This document shows positions 1 to 11,984 of a stretch of 64,000 bases of DNA, one piece after another. Position 1 is the stretch's first letter. Each line of letters begins with the position of its first letter. Source of the DNA: Octopus vulgaris (taxonomy: Eukaryota); NCBI GenBank assembly GCA_951406725.2, contig OX597841.1, positions 26,412,001 through 26,476,000 of the forward strand, in the 5' to 3' direction. The translations under genes were made by a program, and so were the position numbers. The notes under the pieces were generated by a model. It did no database searches, was not told where the DNA came from, and saw only the letters and a program-made list of their open reading frames with translations.

Positions 1-370
1 TGTATATATATATATATATGTGTGTGTGTCTGTGTGTATGTATGTATGTATGTATGTATGTGTGTATGTATGTATGTATGTGTGTATGTGTGTATGTATG
101 TATGTATGTATGTGTGTATGTATGTATGTGTGTATGTATGTATGTATGTGTGTATGTGTGTATGTATGTATGTATGTATGTGTGTATGTATGTATGTGTG
201 TATGTGTGTATGTATGTATGTTTGTGTGTATGTATGTATGTATGTATGTATGTATGTATGTATGTATGTATGTGTGTATGTGTGCATGTATGTATGTATG
301 TATGTGTGTATGTATGTATGTGTGTATGTATGTATGTGTGTGTGTATGTGTGTGTGTATGTATGTCTGTC
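1..370. repeat. (TATG)n/(TG)n compound microsatellite
   Basis: Directly visible tetra- and dinucleotide repeat. Confidence 0.95.
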
Positions 371-712
371 ATTTCGTTATATTTCAAGATTTCTTGAATG
401 AACCGGTTTCTAACCTACATCCAAAGCTCCTTCATTGGAATTTCAACATCAACAGGGTATGTATGAGCCAATGAAGACCACTACATGGCTGATAGACTTA
501 GTAGAAATAGAGCCCAAATCTCCCTCAAATCACCCCTACTGTTTTATGTATATGTATGTATGTGTGCATTTCTGAATGAGTCTGTGGGAGAGATCTACAC
601 CGTTTTCAAATGCAATGGACCGAAAAAAGTAAGATGTCCCTCCAGCATGGCCACAGTCGAATGACTGAGACAAGTAAAAGAATAAAACAATGCAGGAATA
701 TACGTGTATATA

Positions 713-880
713 GGCGTAGGTGTGGCTGTCTGGTAAGAAGCTTGCTTCCCAACCACATGGTTCCGGGTTCAGTCCCACTGTATGGCACCTTGGGCAAGTG
801 TCTTCTATTATAACCTCTGACCCTCCAAAGCCTTGTGAGTGGATTTAGTAGATGGAAACTGAAAGCAGATCGTCGTATAT

Positions 881-949
<69 letters not shown>

Positions 950-1143
950 CTTTGTTTGTCACCGAACATCGCTTGACAACCGATGGTAGTGTGTTTACGT
1001 CCCAGTAACTTAGCGGTTCGGCAAAAGAGACCACCGATAGAATAAGTACTAGGCTTCTAAAAAATAAGTCCTGGGGGCGATTTGCACGACTAAAGGTGAT
1101 GCTCCAGCATGGCCACAGTCAAATGACTGAAACAAGTAAAAGA

Positions 1144-1144
<1 letters not shown>
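713..1144 (+). mobile_element. tRNA-derived SINE family A, full length
   Basis: Pol III A-box-like TGGCTGTCTGG and B-box-like GGTTCAGTCC. CORE-like CCTTGGGCAAGT, internal (TA)n(TG)n, tail ...GACTGAAACAAGTAAAAGAG. Roughly 20 related copies or fragments in the window. Confidence 0.9.
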
Positions 1145-1218
<74 letters not shown>

Positions 1219-1758
1219 TGTCTGTCTGTGTTTGTCCTCCATCATCGCTTGACAACCGATTTCGGTGTCTTTACGTCCTCGTAACTTAGCGCTCCAACAT
1301 AAAGAGACCGATAGAGTAAGTAGTAGACTGACAAAGAATAATTCCTGGGGACGATTCGTTCGACTAAATGCGGCGCTCCAGCGTGACCGCAGCCAAAATG
1401 ACTGAAACATGTAAAAAAGTAAAACAATACACGTATATATGTGTACGTTTTTGTCTATGCATATGTGATCAGACACAAAGTGCGTGTGTGTGTGTATGTG
1501 TGTGTGTGTGTGTGTGTGTATTTCTGTTTGTCAGCTTAGTGCTAATCCCAAGCAATCTGTTAATCATTTCCTGTTTTAAAAGCCATTGATTAACTCACGT
1601 GATACTAACTTCCGTTGGACTAAACATGGCATATGCATATTTGATCATTTGCTTTTACTTACATGTATATTTATAAAAATATGTTTCTGTTCGCGTGTGT
1701 ACATGTATATATGTTTGTGTGTGTGTGTGTGTATTATATATATACATACATACATATG

Positions 1759-1794
<36 letters not shown>

Positions 1795-1921
1795 CATATG
1801 TGTATATATATACATGTATATATATATACATATGTGTATATATATATACATGTTTATATATATATATATATATGTATATATATACATATGTATATATATA
1901 TATATGTATATATATATACAT

Positions 1922-1955
<34 letters not shown>

Positions 1956-2227
1956 GTTTATATATATATATGTATGTTTGTATACATATACTGTGTGTGT
2001 GTGTGAATTACTGATGTATATATACGTCTGTGAATATGTGTGTATATAAATGCATGTGATATATATGTGCACATATTTATATACGTTTATCTTTATATGT
2101 ATATATATATATATAGATATAGATATATACACACACACACAATGTGTTTGTGTGGTAGACCGATAGATGTATGCATATTCATTCTAATATACCAGAAAAG
2201 ATATGCACGCGTTTTTTCAATTTTTAT

Positions 2228-2263
<36 letters not shown>

Positions 2264-2344
2264 TTTGTTTGTTTGTGTCAGGGATTGCGTGTTGCGTGCC
2301 TAATTCTATATTTAGCGACAACATGTGACCATTTCGACATGCAG

Positions 2345-2375
2345 ATTAAGATATGACAAGATAGCGAAAGTGAAA
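2345..2375 (+). CDS. Candidate 31-nt microexon ((R)LRYDKIAKVK)
   Basis: atgcag| acceptor and |gtaaga donor in a unique island between microsatellites. Only one frame is open. Weak pyrimidine tract; no homology recognised. Confidence 0.2.
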
Positions 2376-2579
2376 GTAAGAGAAGAAATGGCGGATATGC
2401 GACGGCATGACACGACCAGGCAGGGCAAGAACAGACTAAATCTTCGCAGAAGGACGTTTAATTGTCTATATATTTCCATCTGTTTGGCTGTCTGTGCATC
2501 TGTATTTGTATACCTCTACCTACAGTTTGACGGAGACAGATTGACAAACAGAGGCACGCACGCATCACACACACGCACA

Positions 2580-2617
<38 letters not shown>

Positions 2618-3086
2618 GAAACACACATATGTATCTACATACTTATATATATATGTATGAATGTTTTTGCATATGCATGTATGTGTGCGTATGTGCGTGT
2701 GTATGTATGTGCATGTGTATATATATATGAATGTATGTGCACATAAATGTGTGTATATATATATATGTGTACATATATCTGTATATATGTGTGTATGTAC
2801 CTATGTATTATGTATGTATATATGCCTGTTTGTGTGTGCTTAAATGTTTGTGTGTATGTGCGTGTGTATATATATGAATGTATGTGCACATAAATGTGTG
2901 TATATATATATATGTGTATATATTATATCTGTATATATGTGTGTATGTACCTGTGTATTATGTATGTATATATGCCTGTTTGTGTATATATATATATATA
3001 TGTGTATATATTATATCTGTATATATGTGTGTATGTACCTGTGTATTATGTATGTATATATGCCTCTTTGTGTGTGCTTAAATGTT

Positions 3087-3133
<47 letters not shown>

Positions 3134-3215
3134 ATATACATATATATATTTGTATATGCAGAATTATCTGTCTGTATATCCCTGTTTGTCTACCCGTTTT
3201 AAAGTCGCACACCCA

Positions 3216-3267
<52 letters not shown>

Positions 3268-3451
3268 TATTTTCTCAGTCTCTCTTTCTCTCCTTCTCTC
3301 CCTCTCCCTCATCATCTTCAAATTGATTTCATCAACAAAGACAATGACAGGTTGTATGTTTCAATACAAGATGAGAAATAATGATAATAACAATGATAAT
3401 GATAATAATAATAATAATGATGATGATAATAATAATAATAATCATAATAAT

Positions 3452-4006
3452 GCCCTGATGCAGTACTAGTCAGTGGCTCTTGTGGCTTCTGATCTTAACT
3501 GATTAGAAGTTTTATCATGTACGGTGTTTGGTCTTGGTATAAAAGATGGGCTACAGCAAATATTCTGCTCAATACCACAGATTTGCTTGTCAGTTGTTTG
3601 ACCTTAACCAGTTGAGCATGTCCATTAGTGGCTGACGATATGTGCATCTCTGATCACGAGCAGAAGTAGTGGGGGAGCATCATAGCCATGTGTTGAGAGG
3701 GTTTCTTTGGGGTTTGAACAATTCACCACTGGAAACATGGGTGTTTCGTTCAACATCCTTAAACAACCCTTAATCAGGGACCTTTTGAGCGGGATGGGCT
3801 TCTCGACCTGAAGAAAATTCTAACTGGGCCCCACCTGCAAGGTCATGTGCTGTTTTTCTTGATATGAGATCACCATGTCGCGCACATATGATTGTGATGC
3901 ATGTTCCTAGTATACCCTTATCAGACGGGTAGTCATGATGGGTATATTCGGCTTCGCATATTTGTACCCCAGTGTCACTTTGATGGCATGCACTGCTCTC
4001 TCACTC
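3452..4006. mobile_element. ~555-bp complex-sequence insert embedded in (AAT)n; probable non-autonomous retroelement
   Basis: Sharp boundaries with (AAT)n on both sides; no long ORF and no terminal inverted repeats seen. Confidence 0.55.
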
Positions 4007-4059
<53 letters not shown>

Positions 4060-4060
<1 letters not shown>

Positions 4061-4225
4061 CCTTTCTACTAAAGGCACAAGGCGTAACTGGTACTTAATT
4101 TGTTGACCCCGATAGGCTGAAATGCGAAGGCGACCCCGTCGGGATATGAACTCAGAACGTAAAGACGGACGAAAAGTCGGTGAACATTTTGTCCGGCGAG
4201 CTAACGATTCTGTCAGCTCGCCGCT

Positions 4226-4264
<39 letters not shown>

Positions 4265-4400
4265 TTAAGGGGCCAAGGAGGGGTCAAGTCCATTACATTT
4301 ACTGCAGTGCTTAACAGGTACTTATTTCATCGCCCCCTTAAAGGTTGAAAGGCAAAGTCGATCTCGGTGGAATTTGAACTCAAAACCTGAACATGGACGA
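4060..4400 (-). mobile_element. Two diverged SINE family B fragments
   Basis: Match to the family B body (gaaaggcaaagtcga...gaatttgaactc) and head (cagctcgccgc). Confidence 0.75.
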
Positions 4401-4879
4401 GTAGTAGTAGAAGGAGGAGGAGGAGGTGTAATGGTAGTAGCAGCAGCAAATTAACACAGGTATGATAGTGGGTGGGTGGGGGAGGGCAATGCAAGCATCA
4501 CGTGACAGTGCGGCCAAATGTCATTAGTTAGAAAAACCTAATATGTCAACAAGAGCTTAGTGTCGTACTGTCACTCTCTTTCCGTGCGTGCGCCTCTCTC
4601 TCTCTCTCCTTCTCTCTCTCTCTCTCTTTCACCGTTTCTTTCTCTGTGTCTGTCTGTCTCTCTCTGTCTCTCTCTTTCTCTCTATTACGTAGGTAAGATT
4701 AATCTTGTAATTAAGTAAGAGTCTACGGAGAAGCGGTCATCTCTTAAGTTGCTAGAAGCCAAAATCTGTTCCTGGATTATTAAACGCTCCCTCGTATGTT
4801 TATATGTAGATTGCCCTCCTCTTCCTCCTCCTCCTCATCCTCCTCCTCCTCCCTTTCCCTTCTAGTTTTTCCTTCATTT

Positions 4880-5590
4880 GTTGTTGTTCTTGTTGTTGTT
4901 GTTCTTCTTCTTCTTCTTCTTCTTCTTTCCTTTTCTATTTTCCTTTCCTTCTTCTTCTTCTTCTTCTTCTTCTTCTTCTTCTTCTTCTTCTTCTTCTTCT
5001 TCTTCTTCTTCTTCTTCTTCTTCTTCTTCTTCTTCTTCTTCTTCTTCTTCTTCTTCTTCTTCTTCTTCTTCTTCTTCTTCTTCTTCTTCTAATTCTTCTT
5101 CTTCTTCTTCTTCTTCTTCTCCATTCTTCTTCTTCTTCTTCTTCTTCTTCTTCTTCTTCTTCTTCTTCTAATTCTTCTTCTTCTTCTTCTAATTATTCTT
5201 CGAAATTTCCGATTTTTTCTTCTTTCTCTACTTCTTTCCCTTCTTTCCTTTTCTATTTTCCTTTCCTTCTTCTTCTTTCCCTTCTTTCCTTTTCTATTTT
5301 CCTTTCCTTCTTCTTCTTCTTCTTCTTCTTCTTCTTCTTCTTCTTCTTCTTCATCGAATTTTTCTTCTTCGAATTATTCTTCTTCGAAATCTCCGAATTC
5401 TTCTTTTCCTTCTTTTCTTTCTTCCTTTCCTCCTCCTCCTCCTCCTCCTCCTCCTCCTCCTCCTCCTCCTCTTTCTTCTTCTTCTTCTTCTTCTTCTTCT
5501 TCTTCTTCTTCTTCTTCTTCTTCTTCTTCTTCTTCTTCTTCTTCTTCTTCTTCTTCTTCTTCTTCTTCTTCTTCTTCTTCTTCTTCTTCT
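4880..5590. repeat. Long (CTT)n/(CCT)n pyrimidine trinucleotide tract
   Basis: Directly visible; source of the poly-S, poly-F and poly-R ORFs. Confidence 0.95.
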
Positions 5591-5771
5591 CCCCACTCTC
5601 TTCCTCTCCTTCTCTATCTCCCTATCTATATAAGTACACAGGCACACACATACACGAGTTTAACGCGAAATATCACATTGGTTCTTTGATCCAGCTTTCT
5701 CTCCACGACAAAAAATCGCAGACAGCAGCAAACACGTGATCACAAAAACAACAAAATTCTCAGCTTGCAAA

Positions 5772-5928
5772 TTAAACAAGCGATGTCACTCGGCACGCCG
5801 TCTCATGAAGGTGCCCCTCAAGCTCTCGTTGCACATGCATCCGTACGCTGTCATCTGTTGGCGCGCTACAGAAATAATCCGAGAACAATTTGACGGTCGT
5901 TAAAGACCTAATTCTTCCACTTTCCAAA
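5772..5928 (-). CDS. Candidate terminal exon (LESGRIRS...HETACRVTSLV*)
   Basis: Strong minus-strand acceptor ttttatttctctttcag|, GC-richer unique island, 51 codons to a stop. The ending S-L-V resembles a class I PDZ ligand. No homologue recognised. Confidence 0.25.
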
Positions 5929-6042
5929 CTGAAAGAGAAATAAAACCCATACAGAAGTAGCATTTTTTTTTACAAAGAATATGAATTTCAGATTTTTAAA
6001 ATTTTCCTTAAAATTAACGAATAAATAGTATTTTTTGTTGTC

Positions 6043-6271
6043 TTTACTCTTTTACTCTTTTACTTGTTTCAGTCATTTGACTGCGGCCATGCTGGAGCAC
6101 CGCCTTTAGTCGAGCAACTCGACCCCAAGACTTATTCTTTGTAAGCCCAGTACTTATTCTATCGGTCTCTTTTTGCCGAACCGCTAAGTGACGGGGGACA
6201 TAAACACACCAGCATCGGTTGCCAAGCAATGCTAGGGGGACAAACACTGACACACAAACATACACACACAC

Positions 6272-6318
<47 letters not shown>

Positions 6319-6483
6319 TACGACTGGGCTTCTTTCAGTTTCCGTCTACCAAATCCACTCACAAGGCTTTGGTCGGCCCGGGGCTATAGTAGAAGACACT
6401 TGCCCAAGGTGGCACGCAGTGGGACTGAACCCGGAAACATGTGGTTGGTAGGCAAGCTACTTACCACACAGCCACGCATGCGT
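6043..6483 (-). mobile_element. SINE family A, full length
   Basis: Reverse complement of family A head, internal microsatellite and tail. Confidence 0.9.
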
Positions 6484-6774
6484 CTGTTTAAATTTTCTTA
6501 CGTTGCATTCTTTAAAACCCTATAAACGTATTTATTCATGAGAAGTTATACGTTGCTCTCCGCGGAGCGGGGGATTCATCATCCATAAGGATTTTTGTTG
6601 AGCAGCCACTTTACTGTACCAAGAAAATCTCACGGGTAACCCATCATGGCTGTATTAAGACCCATAGAGGCCCTAAGAGCTCAAACGATTCTAGTGCCTT
6701 CCACATACATGTAATTCAAGATATAAACAATAATAAACTATAAACTAAGTTTTCATTTTTCAAAGTGAAACAGT

Positions 6775-7310
6775 AAGTAGCTGTGTGGTAAGTAGCTTGC
6801 GGGTTCAGTCCCACTGCGTGGCACCTTGGGAAAGTGTCTTCTGCTATAGCCCCGGGCCGACCAATGCCTTGTGAGTGGATTTGGTAAACGGAAACTGAAA
6901 GAAGCCCGTCGTATGTATGTATAGGAGTGGCTGTGTGTTATGAAGCTTGCTAACCAACCACATGGTTCCGGGTCCAGTCCCTCTGCGTGGCATCTTGGGC
7001 AAGTGTTTTCTGCTGTAGCCTCGGGCCGACCAAAGCCTTGTGAGTGGATTTGGTAGATGGAAATTGAAAGAAGCCTGTCGTATATATGTATATATATATG
7101 TGTGTGTTTGTGTGTTTGTCCCCCTAGCATTGCTTGACAACCGATGCTGGTGTGTTTACGTCCCCGTCACTTAGCGGTTCGGCAAAAGAGACCGATAGAG
7201 TAAGTACTGGGCTTACAAAAAGAATAAGTCCCGGGGTCGATTTGCTCGATTAAAGGCGGTGCTCTAGCATGGCCGCAGTCAAATGACTGAAACAAGTAAA
7301 AGAGAGTTAA
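6775..7310 (+). mobile_element. SINE family A 1.5-mer (5' half plus full copy)
   Basis: Two heads (about 6775 and 6924) and one tail. Confidence 0.85.
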
Positions 7311-7372
7311 AGAAAAAAAAAAGAGAGTAAGATGAGAAAGAATGTTTAGTTTTGTAGACTTCCATTTTATTT

Positions 7373-7472
7373 NNNNNNNNNNNNNNNNNNNNNNNNNNNN
7401 NNNNNNNNNNNNNNNNNNNNNNNNNNNNNNNNNNNNNNNNNNNNNNNNNNNNNNNNNNNNNNNNNNNNNNNN
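7373..7472. other. Assembly gap (100 N)
   Basis: Run of n. Confidence 1.
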
Positions 7473-8963
7473 ACAGAAATAATCCGAGAACAATTTGACG
7501 GTCGTTAAAGACCTAATTCTTCCACTTTCCAAACTGAAAGAGAAATAAAACCCATACAGAAGTAGCATTTTTTTTTACAAAGAATATGAATTTCAGATTT
7601 TTAAAATTTTCCTTAAAATTAACGAATAAATAGTATTTTTTGTTGTCTTTACTCTTTTACTCTTTTACTTGTTTCAGTCATTTGACTGCGGCCATGCTGG
7701 AGCACCGCCTTTAGTCGAGCAACTCGACCCCAAGACTTATTCTTTGTAAGCCCAGTACTTATTCTATCGGTCTCTTTTTGCCGAACCGCTAAGTGACGGG
7801 GGACATAAACACACCAGCATCGGTTGCCAAGCAATGCTAGGGGGACAAACACTGACACACAAACATACACACACACATATATATATATACATATATATAT
7901 ATATGCATATATACGACTGGCTTCTTTCAGTTTCCGTCTACCAAATCCACTCACAAGGCTTTGGTCGGCCCGGGGCTATAGTAGAAGACACTTGCCCAAG
8001 GTGGCACGCAGTGGGACTGAACCCGGAAACATGTGGTTGGTAGGCAAGCTACTTACCACACAGCCACGCATGCGTCTGTTTAAATTTTCTTACGTTGCAT
8101 TCTTTAAAACCCTATAAACGTATTTATTCATGAGAAGTCATACGTTGCTCTCCGCGGAGCGGGGGATTCATCATCCATAAGGATTTTTGTTGAGCAGCCA
8201 CTTTACTGTACCAAGAAAATCTCACGGGTAACCCATCATGGCTGTATTAAGACCCATAGAGGCCCTAAGAGCTCAAACGATTCTAGTGCCTTCCACATAC
8301 ATGTAATTCAAGATATAAACAATAATAAACTATAAACTAAGTTTTTATTTTTCAAAGTGAAACAGTAAGTAGCTGTGTGGTAAGTAGCTTGCGGGTTCAG
8401 TCCCACTGCGTGGCACCTTGGGAAAGTGTCTTCTGCTATAGCCCCGGGCCGACCAATGCCTTGTGAGTGGATTTGGTAAACGGAAACTGAAAGAAGCCCG
8501 TCGTATGTATGTATAGGAGTGGCTGTGTGTTATGAAGCTTGCTAACCAACCACATGGTTCCGGGTCCAGTCCCTCTGCGTGGCATCTTGGGCAAGTGTTT
8601 TTCTGCTGTAGCCTCGGGCCGACCAAAGCCTTGTGAGTGGATTTGGTAGATGGAAATTGAAAGAAGCCTGTCGTATATATGTATATATATATGTGTGTGT
8701 TTGTGTGTTTGTCCCCCTAGCATTGCTTGACAACCGATGCTGGTGTGTTTACGTCCCCGTCACTTAGCGGTTCGGCAAAAGAGACCGATAGAGTAAGTAC
8801 TGGGCTTACAAAAAGAATAAGTCCCGGGGTCGATTTGCTCGATTAAAGGCGGTGCTCAGCATGGCCGCAGTCAAATGACTGAAACAAGTAAAAGAGAGTT
8901 AAAGAAAAAAAAAGAGAGTAAGATGAGAAAGAATGTTTAGTTTTGTAGACTTCCATTTTATTT
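7473..8963 (+). repeat. Near-identical duplicate of 5868-7372 across the gap (probable unmerged overlap or haplotype)
   Basis: Collinear identity except for microsatellite lengths and a few SNPs/indels; breakpoints coincide with the gap. Confidence 0.9.
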
Positions 8964-9033
8964 ATATTTGGAGAAATTTCTCGAACTGTTTTTTTTTTTT
9001 TAATTACAAAGTCTTTGATCAGTGGAAGAGTTA

Positions 9034-9246
9034 AAAAATCAAAGCGATGCTGAAAGTGCGTTGAAAGAGTTCATCAGCTCCAGAACTCCAGATTTTTATG
9101 TTACCGGAATAAACAAACTTGGAACTCGTGAAAAAACGTGTTGATCGTAATGCTACTTACTTTGATAAATAAAATGTCCGCATTGTTGAAATATATTGTG
9201 ACGAATTTCATGTTTCAAAACTTTGCTTACTTTTTACTCAGCCTTA
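9034..9246 (+). mobile_element. Mariner transposase C-terminal remnant with 3' end
   Basis: Reads KNQSDAESALKEFISSRTPDFYVTGINKLGTR, then a frameshift, then VDRNATYFDK*. This resembles the Hsmar1/SETMAR-type C-terminus. Ends in a TIR-like ...ACTCAGCCT-TA. Confidence 0.85.
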
Positions 9247-9295
9247 TATATCTTGTAGGTTTGCATATGTTCCCATATATAGATATATCTATACA

Positions 9296-9362
<67 letters not shown>

Positions 9363-9579
9363 TAATAAATGAAATAAAACATATGCATATATATAAACAT
9401 ATATGTACGTACCTACCTCTACATGTACATATACACGCATATATGAGTACAGGACACCAAATGGACGTCGAACACAATGAGAAACGAAAACATAGACACA
9501 AACCAAAGGAACAGGACATTTTTTTAAAAAACAACAAAAAAATAGAGTACAGGACATTTAACACAAAGAAAAAACCCCT

Positions 9580-9801
9580 TCTTCACTACCCACAAAGGGC
9601 TAAACATAGAGGGGACAAACAAGGACAGACAAAGGGATTAAGTCGATTACATCGACCCCAGTGCTAAACTGGAACTTCATTTATCGACCCCGAAAGGACG
9701 AAAGGCAAAGTCGACCTCGGCGGAATTTGAACTCAGAACATGACGACAGACGAAATACCGCTAAGCATTTCGCCCGGCGCGTTAACGTTTCTGCCAGCCT
9801 G

Positions 9802-9805
<4 letters not shown>
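9580..9805 (-). mobile_element. tRNA-derived SINE family B monomer (Deu/Nin-domain-like)
   Basis: B-box-like GAGTTCAAATTCC, followed by a GCCTTTC(A/G)TCCTTTCGGGGTCGATAAA segment resembling the Deu/Nin SINE central domain. Confidence 0.85.
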
Positions 9806-9871
<66 letters not shown>

Positions 9872-10052
9872 GCACACACACACGTATGTATGTATATTCT
9901 TGAATATGCATTGAGAGATAGAGATAGAAGCAGACAGACAGCATAGTCCCCTAGCCATCACCACCCCCACCATCACCATCACCATCACCACCACCACCAC
10001 CACGCAGATAAAAACGTCATCATCATAACCATCATAACCATCGTCATTGTAG

Positions 10053-10081
10053 AGCCCACCGACAATCTAAACCCAGCCAAG
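10053..10081 (+). CDS. Candidate 29-nt microexon ((E)PTDNLNPAK)
   Basis: cattgtag| ... AAG|gtaatc; could occur by chance. Confidence 0.15.
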
Positions 10082-10277
10082 GTAATCTTCGCTGGCAACT
10101 GACCAATAGCCACGAGGGTTGACATTAACATAATTTAGCAGTTGAGAGACCTTTCACCTCTGACACTTAACCCCCACCCCCTCCACCCCCACAGTTGTTG
10201 CCTGACTGCCTGTTGTTTGACACTGTTTCCCCTTTCTGATTGTGTTTAGTTATATTTTTTACTTCTTGGTTCTCCCC

Positions 10278-10327
<50 letters not shown>

Positions 10328-10417
10328 CATTCGTCACTTACATAAACCCCCGAAACAAATCTTAGACTCTCCTTGTGATGTTCCTTCCATCTGTGCCCCT
10401 GTGGCAAATAGAAATGA

Positions 10418-10448
<31 letters not shown>

Positions 10449-10565
10449 GTCCTGAGTTCAAATTCCGCCGGGGTCGATAAGTTAAAATACCAGTGAAACA
10501 CTGGGGGGTCTATGTAATCGACTATTCCACTCCCCACAAATTTGAGACCTTGTGCCTTTAATAGA

Positions 10566-10626
<61 letters not shown>

Positions 10627-10719
10627 AAGGTGGGGAGCTGGCAGAATCGTTACCATGCCGGACAAAATGCTGAGCAATTTTTTGTTCTTCCTTATGCTCT
10701 GAGTTCAAAACATATTAAG

Positions 10720-10837
10720 CAACACTAGGAATATAAATCAGAAAACATAAAAGTAAACAAGCATTTGACAGTTTTTTTTTGATATTTCAAAATTATGAAG
10801 CTATGATGCTAGGTGTTTCCATTATTTTGTCCAACAC

Positions 10838-10842
<5 letters not shown>
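10720..10842 (-). mobile_element. Tc1-like terminal fragment
   Basis: Minus strand reads TAGGTGTTGGACAAAATAATGGAAACACC, typical of a Tc1 terminal inverted repeat. Confidence 0.6.
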
Positions 10843-10926
<84 letters not shown>

Positions 10927-10928
<2 letters not shown>

Positions 10929-11217
10929 GAGGCGCAATGGCCCAGTGGCTAGGGCAGCGGACTCACGGTCGTAGGATCGCGGTTTCGATTCCCAGACCGG
11001 GCGTTGTGTGTGTTTATTGAGCGAAAACACCTAAAGCTCCACGAGGCTCCAGCAGAGGGGTGGTGGCGATCCCTGCTGTACTCTTTCGCCACAACTTTCT
11101 CTCACTCTTTCTTCTGTTGGCCTGCTCGCTTAGTCATCGGGGTGGCGTCATTCGAAGGCTAAAACAAGGCGAAGCGCATTGTGACCAGCGATGTGGTCTG
11201 GTCGGTCACGTGATCAT

Positions 11218-11224
<7 letters not shown>
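10927..11224 (+). mobile_element. tRNA-derived SINE family C, tail type 1
   Basis: tRNA-like head with TGGCCCAGTGG (A box) and GGTTTCGATTCC (B box), inserted in (TA)n; body shared with the copy at 43320-43700. Confidence 0.85.
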
Positions 11225-11280
<56 letters not shown>

Positions 11281-11285
<5 letters not shown>

Positions 11286-11595
11286 GGTCATTCCATATAT
11301 AATGCATTTTTTAAATACTTTTATGTTTCAAAATTAAGATAAACAAACTTCTTTTTTAATCTAAAGTATACTCTCCTTCATTTTCTACAATGCTCTTTCG
11401 AAGTTCGCTTATCCGTGACGAAAAATACTCCTCTCGTACTGTTCTGACCTCATCTACAGGATTCATATTTTTTCTGTGCAAATCATTTTGAAGACTGCGG
11501 AATAAATGATAATCAGATGGAGGCTGTGTCCGGCGAATATGGTGAGTGGGGCATCGTTTCCCAATCTAACTGCTCCAGCCTTTGAAATGTCATCC
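11281..11595 (-). mobile_element. Mariner transposase remnant
   Basis: Minus strand reads MTFQRLEQLDWETMPHSPYSPDTA, a frameshift, then PSDYHLFRSLQND, matching the mariner YSPDLAPSD motif. TA-CAGGG terminus at 11281. Confidence 0.9.
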
Positions 11596-11598
11596 ACT

Positions 11599-11740
11599 CA
11601 GAGGAGTAGAAAAGACATACGGTTAGGTCATCAGATGTTACACTAATCGAAACAGCTGTAAGAAAATATGTTCAATTTCTGCAGTTGATAAATTATATTA
11701 ATGCCACATCGCCATTTTCTGAATTTTCATTTGTATTTAT
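11599..11740 (+). mobile_element. Penelope-like element 3' fragment with degenerate hammerhead core
   Basis: CAGAGGA...GAAA-CAGCTG-TA, followed by an AT-rich end similar to the reverse complement of 52720-52770. Confidence 0.5.
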
Positions 11741-11926
11741 ATATGTATGTATATATATGGACATACGGATATACATATATAAATGCATACATATAGATTC
11801 ACACACATACATGCAAGCATACATGCTGATATACACACGCATATAGATATACACACACTCACATAAAAGCATGCAAACACACATATACACAGGAATAGCT
11901 AGAAGCATACAGTAGAATTTACAACT

Positions 11927-11984
<58 letters not shown>

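Noticed and set aside
6229-6525. Recurrent peptides such as RLPNPLTRLWSARGYSRRHLPKV and [18 protein letters not shown]
   Set aside because: These are translations of SINE A and SINE B, not a gene family.
10927-11000. tRNA-like sequence (also the SINE A and B heads)
   Set aside because: No complete acceptor stem; it continues into a SINE body.
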